This document shows, one piece after another, positions 1 to 7,338 of a DNA stretch of 25,277 nt. This DNA comes from Alkaliphilus sp. GTDB lineage: Bacteria; Bacillota; Clostridia; Peptostreptococcales; Natronincolaceae. The notes beneath the pieces were generated by a model. That model was not told where the DNA came from. It saw only the letters and a program-made list of their open reading frames with translations, and ran no database searches. The position numbers were made by a program, and so were the translations under genes. Numbering within the stretch: position 1 is the stretch's first letter; the number at the start of each line of letters is the position of its first letter. Location: contig JALNXC010000001.1 in NCBI GenBank assembly GCA_023230535.1, forward strand, positions 1-25,277, given 5' to 3'.

Positions 1-63
1 ATTACGGTATATTTTGTAAGGAGTAAGTTATAGGGGTGAATTGGGAATTGAGTAAAAAATTAA
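1..63 (+). repeat. Direct repeat copy 1 (63 bp, identical to 451-513; may continue left of the window)
   Basis: Bases 1-63 match 451-513 exactly (attacggtat...agtaaaaaattaa). The two copies then diverge (aggac vs ccgcc). Period is 450 bp. Confidence 0.97.
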
Positions 64-80
64 AGGACTATTTAGAGTAA
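51..80 (+). other. sigA: Probable last 9 codons of the primary sigma factor gene (SKKLKDYLE*), joined to the trmK 5' copy
   Basis: AGT AAA AAA TTA AAG GAC TAT TTA GAG TAA resembles the Firmicute SigA C-terminus (B. subtilis ...RSKRLKDFLE*). sigA normally lies just upstream of trmK, and a strong terminator follows. Only 9 codons are available, so this is an inference. Confidence 0.6.
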
Positions 81-121
81 AAATCTGTTTGATGATTATA
101 TCGATATTTATTTAAGCGATT

Positions 122-153
122 AAAATAGATTCGCATTATGCGAATCTATTTTT
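122..153. terminator. Bidirectional intrinsic terminator
   Basis: Perfect 14-bp stem aaaatagattcgca/tgcgaatctatttt with a 3-nt loop. It lies between the convergent SKKLKDYLE stop and the 210-404 minus-strand gene. Confidence 0.85.
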
Positions 154-209
154 AATAACCCGGCAATAAAAATATTATATAATGGCATAGATATGCCTGA
201 TTGTTCCAA

Positions 210-404
210 TTAATGCTTTTTATGGGCATAATCAATTTTATTTTGAAGTTCTTCATCGGATTCCTGATCATCCAGTTGGTCTTGCAAAATATGCATTACT
301 TGATCGGCTTCTTCTTCCCATTCCTGAGTTGTGCCTCCCCAGCTGAATTTTATCATTTTTTCCGGGCGCACAACCTTTTTAGGCCTTTTTTTAGTATGCG
401 GCAT
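210..404 (-). CDS. Small hypothetical protein (64 aa; basic N-terminus, acidic C-terminal half)
   Basis: Strong RBS AAGGAGGT 6 nt before the ATG on the minus strand, and a terminator downstream. No family recognised. Confidence 0.75.
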   Translation of the reverse strand: MPHTKKRPKKVVRPEKMIKFSWGGTTQEWEEEADQVMHILQDQLDDQESDEELQNKIDYAHKKH

Positions 405-450
405 GATATTACCTCCTTTGTATATAGTTTTAGGGTATAGCCTTTAAAAT

Positions 451-513
451 ATTACGGTATATTTTGTAAGGAGTAAGTTATAGGGGTGAATTGGGAATTG
501 AGTAAAAAATTAA
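451..513 (+). repeat. Direct repeat copy 2 (trmK upstream region and first codons)
   Basis: Identical to 1-63. Confidence 0.97.
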
Positions 514-1202
514 CCGCCAGGTTGCAAAAAATAGCGGCTCAGGTTACAATAGGCCACCGTGTTGCGGATATAGGAACGGATCATGGATATATTCCCGTAT
601 ATCTGTTAAAAAATAAAATAAGTCCTTTTGTAATAGCAGGAGATATAAATGAACGGCCTTTAAAATGTGCTGAGGATAATATCGCATTTAACAACCTTTC
701 ACATTGTATAGAGACAAGATTGGGAAATGGGCTTTCAATTTTAAAACCTAAAGAAGTTGATACTATAATTATTGCAGGTATGGGCGGGTTATTAATCAGT
801 GAATTATTGAATAGTTCAAAAGAAATAGTACAAAATCTTGATACCTTAATACTTCAGCCCATGCAGGCCCAATCAGAATTAAGAGAGTATCTGGTAGGAA
901 ATGGTTTTATCATAGAAAAAGATATATTAGTTAGGGAAGGCCGCCATATTTATGAAATTATCGTGGCAAAACCCGAGGAACGGATAAAGGCGATAGACCC
1001 AATTTATTATGAGGTTGGATTATATATATACAATAATCCCAGACCGTTAGCAATGGAGTTCATTGATAGGAAAATAAAAACAACAAGGGAGATCATACGG
1101 AACATAGGTGAAAATGTTTCAGGGCCTTCGGCTGAAAAGTTAAAAGAGATGAAAAAGAAGTTAAAAAAACTTGAGGAGGTATATTTATGTTTGCAACGGT
1201 AG
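486..1202 (+). CDS. trmK: tRNA (adenine(22)-N1)-methyltransferase
   Basis: Motifs VADIGTDHGYIP, IIIAGMGG and LILQP, plus synteny with nif3. GTG start at 486; TTG at 498 is an alternative. Confidence 0.93.
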   Translation: MNWELSKKLTARLQKIAAQVTIGHRVADIGTDHGYIPVYLLKNKISPFVIAGDINERPLKCAEDNIAFNNLSHCIETRLGNGLSILKPKEVDTIIIAGMGGLLISELLNSSKEIVQNLDTLILQPMQAQSELREYLVGNGFIIEKDILVREGRHIYEIIVAKPEERIKAIDPIYYEVGLYIYNNPRPLAMEFIDRKIKTTREIIRNIGENVSGPSAEKLKEMKKKLKKLEEVYLCLQR

Positions 1203-2305
1203 AAACAATAGCCGATATTATTGAAAATTTAGCCCCTTTAAATTATGCATGCAAATGGGACAATGTCGGGTTACAGTTGGGGCGTAGGGAAGATGTTGTA
1301 AACAGGGTTTTGACAACATTAGAAATAACAGATGCTGTTTTAGATGAAGCAGTAGAAAAAAATGTAGATATGATTGTCACTCACCATCCGATGATTTTTT
1401 CACCATTAAAAAGCATTACAAAGGATGATATGAAAGGAAAAATTATTTATAGGGCAATTCAAAATAATATTGCCGTCTATGCTGCCCATACTAATATGGA
1501 TGTGGCACCCGACGGATTAAACGACTATATTGCGAACCGATTAAACATACGGGACATAAAGATTCTGGACATAACAGAAAGAACTTTATATTATAAACTT
1601 GTAGTTTTTATACCCTCAGGTTATGAGGAAAAGGTTGCGGAAGCCATTAATGCCGCAGGTGCCGGACATATAGGCGGTTATAGTCATTGCACTTTTAGAA
1701 CCGAAGGTATGGGTACATTTAAACCTTTGAAGGGTACGAAGCCATTCATAGGAAAACAGGGAGAATTAGAGAGGGTAGAAGAAATCAGACTGGAAACCAT
1801 AATTCCAAAAGAAAAATTAAAAGAGGCAATAAAGGCTTTAACAGAATCACATCCATATGAAGAGGTTGCTTACGATATTTATCCTCTAGCAAACGAAGGC
1901 ATTGTTAGGGGCATAGGAAGGTTTGGGGAATTACATAAACCGAAAATTTTAAAGGAATTAGCGATAGAGGTTAAGAAGCGAATGGATATCGAATATGTCA
2001 GAGTAGCAGGGGACCTAGGAACAATTATTAAGAAGGTAGCCGTTATCAATGGGAGTGGTGCGGATTTGATCCAAATAGCATTGTATAAAGGATGCCAATG
2101 TGTAATTACCGGAGATGTAAAATATCATGATGCTCAGGATGCCATTTCTCAGGCGATAAATGTAATAGATATCGGGCACTATGACAGCGAAAAAATTTTT
2201 ACACATTTTATAGCACAATATTTAAGGGAAGAGACAGGCAAAAAAGGATTAAATATTGATATAATAGAATCATCTATAAATATAGATCCGTTTCAAACCG
2301 TATAG
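1187..2305 (+). CDS. Nif3-like dinuclear metal-centre protein (YqfO type, with PII-like insertion)
   Basis: WDNVGLQLG, IVTHHP, AAHTNMD, ITGDVKYH and DIGHYDSE motifs. The central KLVVF...AGAGHIG.YSHC insert is typical of YqfO. Overlaps the trmK stop by 16 nt. Confidence 0.92.
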   Translation: MFATVETIADIIENLAPLNYACKWDNVGLQLGRREDVVNRVLTTLEITDAVLDEAVEKNVDMIVTHHPMIFSPLKSITKDDMKGKIIYRAIQNNIAVYAAHTNMDVAPDGLNDYIANRLNIRDIKILDITERTLYYKLVVFIPSGYEEKVAEAINAAGAGHIGGYSHCTFRTEGMGTFKPLKGTKPFIGKQGELERVEEIRLETIIPKEKLKEAIKALTESHPYEEVAYDIYPLANEGIVRGIGRFGELHKPKILKELAIEVKKRMDIEYVRVAGDLGTIIKKVAVINGSGADLIQIALYKGCQCVITGDVKYHDAQDAISQAINVIDIGHYDSEKIFTHFIAQYLREETGKKGLNIDIIESSINIDPFQTV

Positions 2306-2372
2306 GGGCAATCCATGATTGCTTTCAGGGCAATTATTAACAGAAAATATAAAAATAGAAAAGGTGATAAAT

Positions 2373-2774
2373 TTGGCAGAAGCGATAATGTATACCGATG
2401 GAGGGGCCAGAGGTAATCCCGGTATGGCGGGAATAGGCATAGTTATAGAGGATAAAAATGGCAGCATAATAAAGGAGATCAGTCAATATATAGGGGAACA
2501 GACAAATAATGTAGCGGAATATAAGGCTTTAGGCCGTGGATTAGAAGTAGCATTAGATTTAGGAATAAAAAAAATTACTTGTTATCTGGATAGCGAATTG
2601 GTGGTAAAGCAAATTAAGGGGGAATATAAAGTAAAAAACGAAAGAATAATTTCTATGTACAATATGACCGTACCTTTAATTGAAAAGTTAGATAGTTTTG
2701 AAATTATTCATGTGAGAAGAGAACTGAATAAAAAGGCGGACAAATTGGTTAATGAAGCGATCGACAACAGATAA
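2373..2774 (+). CDS. Ribonuclease HI-family protein (133 aa)
   Basis: YTDGGARGNPG, NNVAEY, LDSELV and NKKAD give the D-E-D-D catalytic set. Start moved to TTG 2373 because of the RBS AAGGTGA upstream. Confidence 0.9.
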   Translation: MAEAIMYTDGGARGNPGMAGIGIVIEDKNGSIIKEISQYIGEQTNNVAEYKALGRGLEVALDLGIKKITCYLDSELVVKQIKGEYKVKNERIISMYNMTVPLIEKLDSFEIIHVRRELNKKADKLVNEAIDNR

Positions 2775-2927
2775 AGCATAAATTTATATTATATATACTA
2801 TTTTGGGGATATACGGAATTTTTTACATATTATTGTGCACAAAGTGCAAAGGCTACATTATTTAAATATTTTTTAAAATGAGATTTTTAATATTTATATC
2901 CTTTTTATTTCTGTTAATTTTTAGATT

Positions 2928-2956
2928 TTGACATTTGACTAAAAACATGATAATAT
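2928..2956 (+). promoter_or_regulatory. Sigma-A-type promoter upstream of rnpB
   Basis: TTGACA (2928-2933), 17 bp, TAATAT (2951-2956) with an extended TG at 2948-2949. A second TATAAT lies at 2975-2980. Confidence 0.6.
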
Positions 2957-2983
2957 TAGTACCTGGTTAAATAATATAATATC

Positions 2984-3470
2984 GTGAGTAAGCCGGATGA
3001 TCGCGTGTTTTTGCACGAGGAAAGTCTGGGCTCCATAGGGTAGGGCGCTGGATAACACCCAGTGGGGGTGACCCCAAGGATAGTGCAACAGAGAGATACC
3101 GCCATTGAGAGGCGGGAGGTTAGAAATGGGAAATGAGAATTAGGGAGTTAAAAAACTCTTTAAATTTTGTGTTTTACTTTAATTTACCGGTTAAATACAA
3201 AGTCGGTCTATTTAGCAGAAGATTTTATTTCTCACTTCTCACTTCTAGCCTCTCACCTCTCAATTGGTAAGGCTGGAAAGGTGAGGTAAGAGCTCACCAG
3301 TGATTAGGCGACTAATCTGCTATGTAAACCCCGTCCGGAGCAAGACCAAGCAGGGAGAGAAAAGGCGGCTACCCGTCGCTTCCCGTAGGTAGGTCGCTTG
3401 AGCCGCCTGGCAACAGTCGGCCTAGATAGATGATCATCAAAAACAGAACCCAGCTTATAGGCTTAGTCAC
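2984..3470 (+). ncRNA. rnpB: RNase P RNA, bacterial type A, with an enlarged P12
   Basis: CR-I GAGGAAAGTCTGGGC (3017-3031) and CR-V ACAGAACCCAGCTTA (3443-3457). P1 ends gtgagtaagcc/ggcttagtcac. P2 gatgatc/gatcatc, P9 ggggtgacccc, P13 ggtgaggtaagagctcacc, P14 gattag-gcga-ctaatc and P18 with a GCAA loop are all visible. Confidence 0.95.
3104..3264 (+). repeat. Inverted heptamer-repeat element inside rnpB P12
   Basis: The 3' arm 3229-3263 reads ttctcac-ttctcac-ttctagc-ctctcac-ctctcaa. The 5' arm 3104-3139 is its imperfect reverse complement: 30 Watson-Crick, 3 G-U and 3 A-C positions over 36 nt. Confidence 0.88.
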
Positions 3471-3476
3471 TTATTT

Positions 3477-3510
3477 AAAAATCAACATTATTTGTTGATT
3501 TTTTGTTTTT
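3477..3510 (+). terminator. rnpB intrinsic terminator
   Basis: 11-bp stem aaaaatcaaca/tgttgattttt followed by a T-rich tract, 6 nt after the P1 3' strand. Confidence 0.85.
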
Positions 3511-3609
3511 ATTATCTATTATAAAAAAGGAGAACCAAGTGTGAAGTAGAATATTATATTTATTAGCGTTGGAATATAAAATTCAAATTAGTTGTTGGGG
3601 AATAGATAA

Positions 3610-4320
3610 ATGGATAAGGGTATCAGTAATGTAACAAAAAGGCTGGCATGTCTCTCAATGATATTAGTGGTTTGGATCATAGTTGGAGGACCTTTTAATA
3701 CATATTATTTAATTTGGAATTTAATATTAGCCTGGATTCCTATGATTTTTGCGCTGATATTTAAAAAAAATATAGGAAAAGGATTTTCCCGGAGTAGAAA
3801 TATTATTGTTTTATTTTCAGGTTTAATGTGGTTGTTCTTTTTTCCTAATGCAGTATATATAATTACAGATTATATTCATTTGAGCAATGACATATTTTAT
3901 TATTCAAATTCCGATTATATATCCTATCTGGGAAAAAGAAAAAAAATATATAATCTTGATTCTCTTCCATGGAACAATTTTTTTTCAATTTCTTTTGCGG
4001 TTTTTTTGGGATGCGCTCTGAGTGTCCTTTCCCTCTATATTTTCCATACATATATTGAAAAAAAGGGAGGGAAAAGGAACGGATGGATTTTTGTAACTGT
4101 TGTTCATCTACTCAGTGGGTATGCTATATATTTAGGTAGGTTCATACGATTTAATTCCTGGGATGTAATTTTTAAACCTCTGTCATTATTTAAATTTTTA
4201 TTTTTAGATATGGATAAAGTAGCTATTACCTTTACATTTTATTTCTTTTTATTGAGTCTGTTTATATATGGTATCTTTTATTTGTTCATATATATCGCAA
4301 AAACAGACGAGAAGCATTAA
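3610..4320 (+). CDS. DUF1361-family integral membrane protein
   Basis: WNLILAWIP, FFPNAVYIITDYIHL and YLGRFIRFNSWD motifs; multiple hydrophobic segments. Confidence 0.8.
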   Translation: MDKGISNVTKRLACLSMILVVWIIVGGPFNTYYLIWNLILAWIPMIFALIFKKNIGKGFSRSRNIIVLFSGLMWLFFFPNAVYIITDYIHLSNDIFYYSNSDYISYLGKRKKIYNLDSLPWNNFFSISFAVFLGCALSVLSLYIFHTYIEKKGGKRNGWIFVTVVHLLSGYAIYLGRFIRFNSWDVIFKPLSLFKFLFLDMDKVAITFTFYFFLLSLFIYGIFYLFIYIAKTDEKH

Positions 4321-4531
4321 ATAAATTAAAGTTTTTACTGATCTGTAGGAAAGACAGCTATGGTTAAAGAATCAAATGTTCTTAATAAATAGATGATATA
4401 AAACAATCGGTATAAACAAAGGAATTATTAGATTATAAGAGGTTTTTAAAATTATTTTTATGTTATTATCAGCATATAGTGTATATATATCCTAAGGAGA
4501 AAGATAATAAACTGGTAATAGGGGGATCCTT

Positions 4532-4924
4532 ATGTTAAAGGAATTTAAAAAATTTGCCTTGAGGGGCAATGTGTTAGATTTAGCGATAGGGGTTGTTATA
4601 GGCGGAGCCTTCGGTAAAATTGTAACATCCCTGGTGAATGATATTATCATGCCTATTATGGGCCTTATAGTCGGGGGGGTTAATTTTACTGCGCTTGAAT
4701 ACATTATCGGTACTAAAAGGGAGGAACCGATAATAATAAAATATGGAGAATTTATTCAATCCGCAATTGATTTTTTAATTATTGCGTTTTCTATATTTTT
4801 ATTTATAAAAATTATCACTTCTTTTAAAAAGAAAAAAGAAGAAGCTCCGGAAACACCGCCGGAACCGACAAAAGAGGAAGTTTTGTTAGGGGAAATAAGG
4901 GACATTTTAAAGCAGGGGAAATAG
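4532..4924 (+). CDS. mscL: Large-conductance mechanosensitive channel
   Basis: [42 protein letters not shown]-terminus and [10 protein letters not shown]-terminus. Confidence 0.97.
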   Translation: MLKEFKKFALRGNVLDLAIGVVIGGAFGKIVTSLVNDIIMPIMGLIVGGVNFTALEYIIGTKREEPIIIKYGEFIQSAIDFLIIAFSIFLFIKIITSFKKKKEEAPETPPEPTKEEVLLGEIRDILKQGK

Positions 4925-4984
4925 GTTGCCTATCATAGAACTTAAAAATAACAGTGGATTTGTTTATTTCATGGAGATGATTGC

Positions 4985-5380
4985 ATGTTTTTTATTTTTG
5001 GCGTATCAACTAAAAAAGATAAACTGGACTTCAACCAAAATATGATTTGCCCAAGTTGTGGAAGATACGGACGTTATGAGGTTACCGTAGAATATACATG
5101 TTTCAGTCTGTTTTTTATACCTATCTTGAAATGGGATAAAAAATACTATGTTAAAAATAGCTGTTGTGGCAGCATTTATTTGATTAGCAATAATATTGGC
5201 GATAAAATATCCGGGGGTGGGAATGTAAATTTAATGGAAAAAGATCTAAAATTAGTTCGAAGGGGAAAAGTTTACTCTATCAAACAATGTGAAAACTGTG
5301 GTTTTAAAACAGATGATGATTTTCAATATTGTCCTAAATGCGGGGCTGTTTTAAATGGGAACGAACATAAAAGACAGTAA
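4985..5380 (+). CDS. Zinc-ribbon domain protein
   Basis: MFFIFG start, CPSCG...FSLFFIP...CC, and a C-terminal CENCG...CPKCG. RBS GGAGA. Confidence 0.8.
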   Translation: MFFIFGVSTKKDKLDFNQNMICPSCGRYGRYEVTVEYTCFSLFFIPILKWDKKYYVKNSCCGSIYLISNNIGDKISGGGNVNLMEKDLKLVRRGKVYSIKQCENCGFKTDDDFQYCPKCGAVLNGNEHKRQ

Positions 5381-5399
5381 AAAGTTTTGAAATAAATTC

Positions 5400-5441
5400 A
5401 AAAGTAGAATCTATAATTATAGGCCGATAGATTCTACTTTT
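5400..5441. terminator. Bidirectional terminator between the zinc-ribbon and Nudix genes
   Basis: Perfect 15-bp stem aaaagtagaatctat/atagattctactttt between convergent genes. Confidence 0.85.
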
Positions 5442-5533
5442 GTTTATTATATAAATTAAACGGATATGACTTAATCTATAATTTTGTATACCTCAACTAA
5501 ATAATAAAAAAAATGATCAAAATAGCAGTCAAT

Positions 5534-6145
5534 TTATTTTAGAGTATCTAAGAAATTTTTGAGCAATTTGGCGGTAGTTCCCCAGATAATATGATTTTTA
5601 TATTTATAAAAGTAAAGCGGGTATATACCTGTTTTCCATCTATATGCTTTCCCTTTTTGTATCAAGTGAAATGGAAAGTCCTGAGGGGGACTCAGATTAA
5701 TTGTCATATTGCTTAACAGGGGATCTTGGTTTAGTAAGGCATCAATTGGGACAGAGAATATAGACGCGACCTCATGTTTATTGAATTCAATGGAATCAAA
5801 TTTTACATCATGAAGAATTCCACAGAAAGAATATATAATCATATTGGATGGAGTGACCAAACATGCTAATTTACTTATAATTTCAATATTATTTTTAGAT
5901 ACATTTAATTCCTCACAGGTTTCTCGCATGGCACAACCCAGAGCATCCTCGTTTTTTTCAATTTTGCCTCCCGGGAAACATATTTCACCTGGTTGATTGT
6001 TGAGGGATAAGGCCCTGACTTCGAAGAGTATATGGAGCTCATTGCTTACTTTGATTATAGGGATAACAATTGCAGATTGGAGGGTGGAGTCCAGAATTGA
6101 AAATTGTTTGTTTTCAAGTGTTTTTCTGATTAATGAAATATCCAT
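5534..6145 (-). CDS. CoA pyrophosphatase-type Nudix hydrolase
   Basis: QPGEICFPGG followed by the Nudix box GKIEKNEDALGCAMRETCEEL; C-terminal IWGTTA motif of the PCD/NudL subfamily. Confidence 0.88.
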   Translation of the reverse strand: MDISLIRKTLENKQFSILDSTLQSAIVIPIIKVSNELHILFEVRALSLNNQPGEICFPGGKIEKNEDALGCAMRETCEELNVSKNNIEIISKLACLVTPSNMIIYSFCGILHDVKFDSIEFNKHEVASIFSVPIDALLNQDPLLSNMTINLSPPQDFPFHLIQKGKAYRWKTGIYPLYFYKYKNHIIWGTTAKLLKNFLDTLK

Positions 6146-6333
6146 ATTACAAGTCTCCCTTCATTGATTGACACTATAACCATTATAACATGTTATTTTT
6201 AAAATATAGGTAATCAATCGAAATAATATAGAGTATCCGTATCCCTATCCAAGATAAAGTTATAATTATGTTATAATTAAGGAAATTTACATAGTATAAA
6301 CTTTTTAAATTAGAAGATTGAGAGGGTGGTTAT

Positions 6334-6861
6334 ATGTATAATGATATCCATGAAATATTATTTACGGAGGAAGAAATTTTTGAAAAGGTGAAATATTTGG
6401 GCAAACAAATATCACAGGATTATAATAAAAACGATGAGATAGTTGTAGTGGGAGTGCTTAAGGGCGCAAGCGTTTTTATGGCAGATTTAATACGTCAAAT
6501 AGATATACCGGTTTATATTGATTTTATGGCTGTTTCGAGCTACGGATATTCTACGGAGAGTTCCGGCATAGTCAGAATATTGAAAGATTTAGATTTTGAA
6601 ATTGAGGGGAGAAATGTTTTAATAGTAGAAGATATTATAGATACCGGACTTACATTAAAATATTTAACGGATAATCTGAGATCCAGAAATGTTAAAAGTT
6701 TAAAAATATGCACGTTGCTGGATAAACCTGAGAGAAGAAAATGTAATTTAGATATTGACTACATAGGATTTGAAATTCCGGACAAATTTGTTGTAGGTTA
6801 TGGGATTGATTATTGTGAGAGATATAGGAATTTACCCTATGTAGCGGTTATAAAAGAATAG
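6334..6861 (+). CDS. hpt: Hypoxanthine phosphoribosyltransferase
   Basis: GVLKGASVFMADL, PRPP motif VLIVEDIIDTGLT, and FVVGYGIDY...YRNLPY. Confidence 0.95.
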   Translation: MYNDIHEILFTEEEIFEKVKYLGKQISQDYNKNDEIVVVGVLKGASVFMADLIRQIDIPVYIDFMAVSSYGYSTESSGIVRILKDLDFEIEGRNVLIVEDIIDTGLTLKYLTDNLRSRNVKSLKICTLLDKPERRKCNLDIDYIGFEIPDKFVVGYGIDYCERYRNLPYVAVIKE

Positions 6862-6998
6862 CTGTCGGAAAAATTATTCCTTGTCCGGTAAAATATCAAT
6901 AAATTAACATGTTTTTTAAAAGTTTAAATATTGATTTGTATAAAAATATAAATAATTATTAATACTATAATTAGCTTATATTTTTGGGAGGGATAATT

Positions 6999-7169
6999 TT
7001 GGCTGATGTAAATTTTGAAATGATAAAGGATAGATTTATTAACGCCGATTTAGATGAAAAGATTGAAATTTATACAACAACTACCGGTCTGACAGTTGAA
7101 CAGTTCAAGGAGCTGTTAAGGCATTTTCCTTTACAGCATTTAGATAAGTTAGAGAGAGCCATGGGGTAA
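6999..7169 (+). CDS. Small hypothetical protein (56 aa)
   Basis: RBS GGGAGGG about 6 nt before TTG 6999 (MADVNFEMIK...), with its own hairpin terminator downstream. Confidence 0.7.
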   Translation: MADVNFEMIKDRFINADLDEKIEIYTTTTGLTVEQFKELLRHFPLQHLDKLERAMG

Positions 7170-7187
7170 TTTAAAAAAATTGTATCG

Positions 7188-7222
7188 GGCCACGGAAATT
7201 ATCTTCCGTGGTTATATTTTTT
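7188..7222 (+). terminator. Probable terminator after the 56-aa gene
   Basis: Stem ccacggaa/ttccgtgg with a 6-nt loop, then a T-rich tract. Confidence 0.7.
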
Positions 7223-7338
7223 CATTAAATACCCGGATTATTCGGTCATGGTATAAATTAACCGTTATTGGAAAAAATGAAGGTATATGGTTGATATATC
7301 AATGTAATTTGAATTTCAATAATGTGGGAGAGTTAATA

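Noticed and set aside
201-440. 79-aa plus-strand ORF
   Set aside because: Antisense shadow of the 210-404 gene, which has the strong RBS and a terminator. This ORF has no RBS.
1-513. CRISPR array or prophage att pair
   Set aside because: Only two copies, 63 bp long with a 387-bp interval, containing a gene start. No cas genes or integrase. Better explained by a microhomology junction.
2319-2372. Longer N-terminus of the RNase H ORF
   Set aside because: The RBS AAGGTGA points to TTG 2373; the extension has no RBS.
4473-4480. CATATAGT as a sigma-E/K -10 for mscL
   Set aside because: No convincing -35 element at the right spacing.
7180-7338. Track start of the Mrr-like ORF at 7180
   Set aside because: It overlaps the terminator of the upstream gene. 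ATG 7339 has an RBS.
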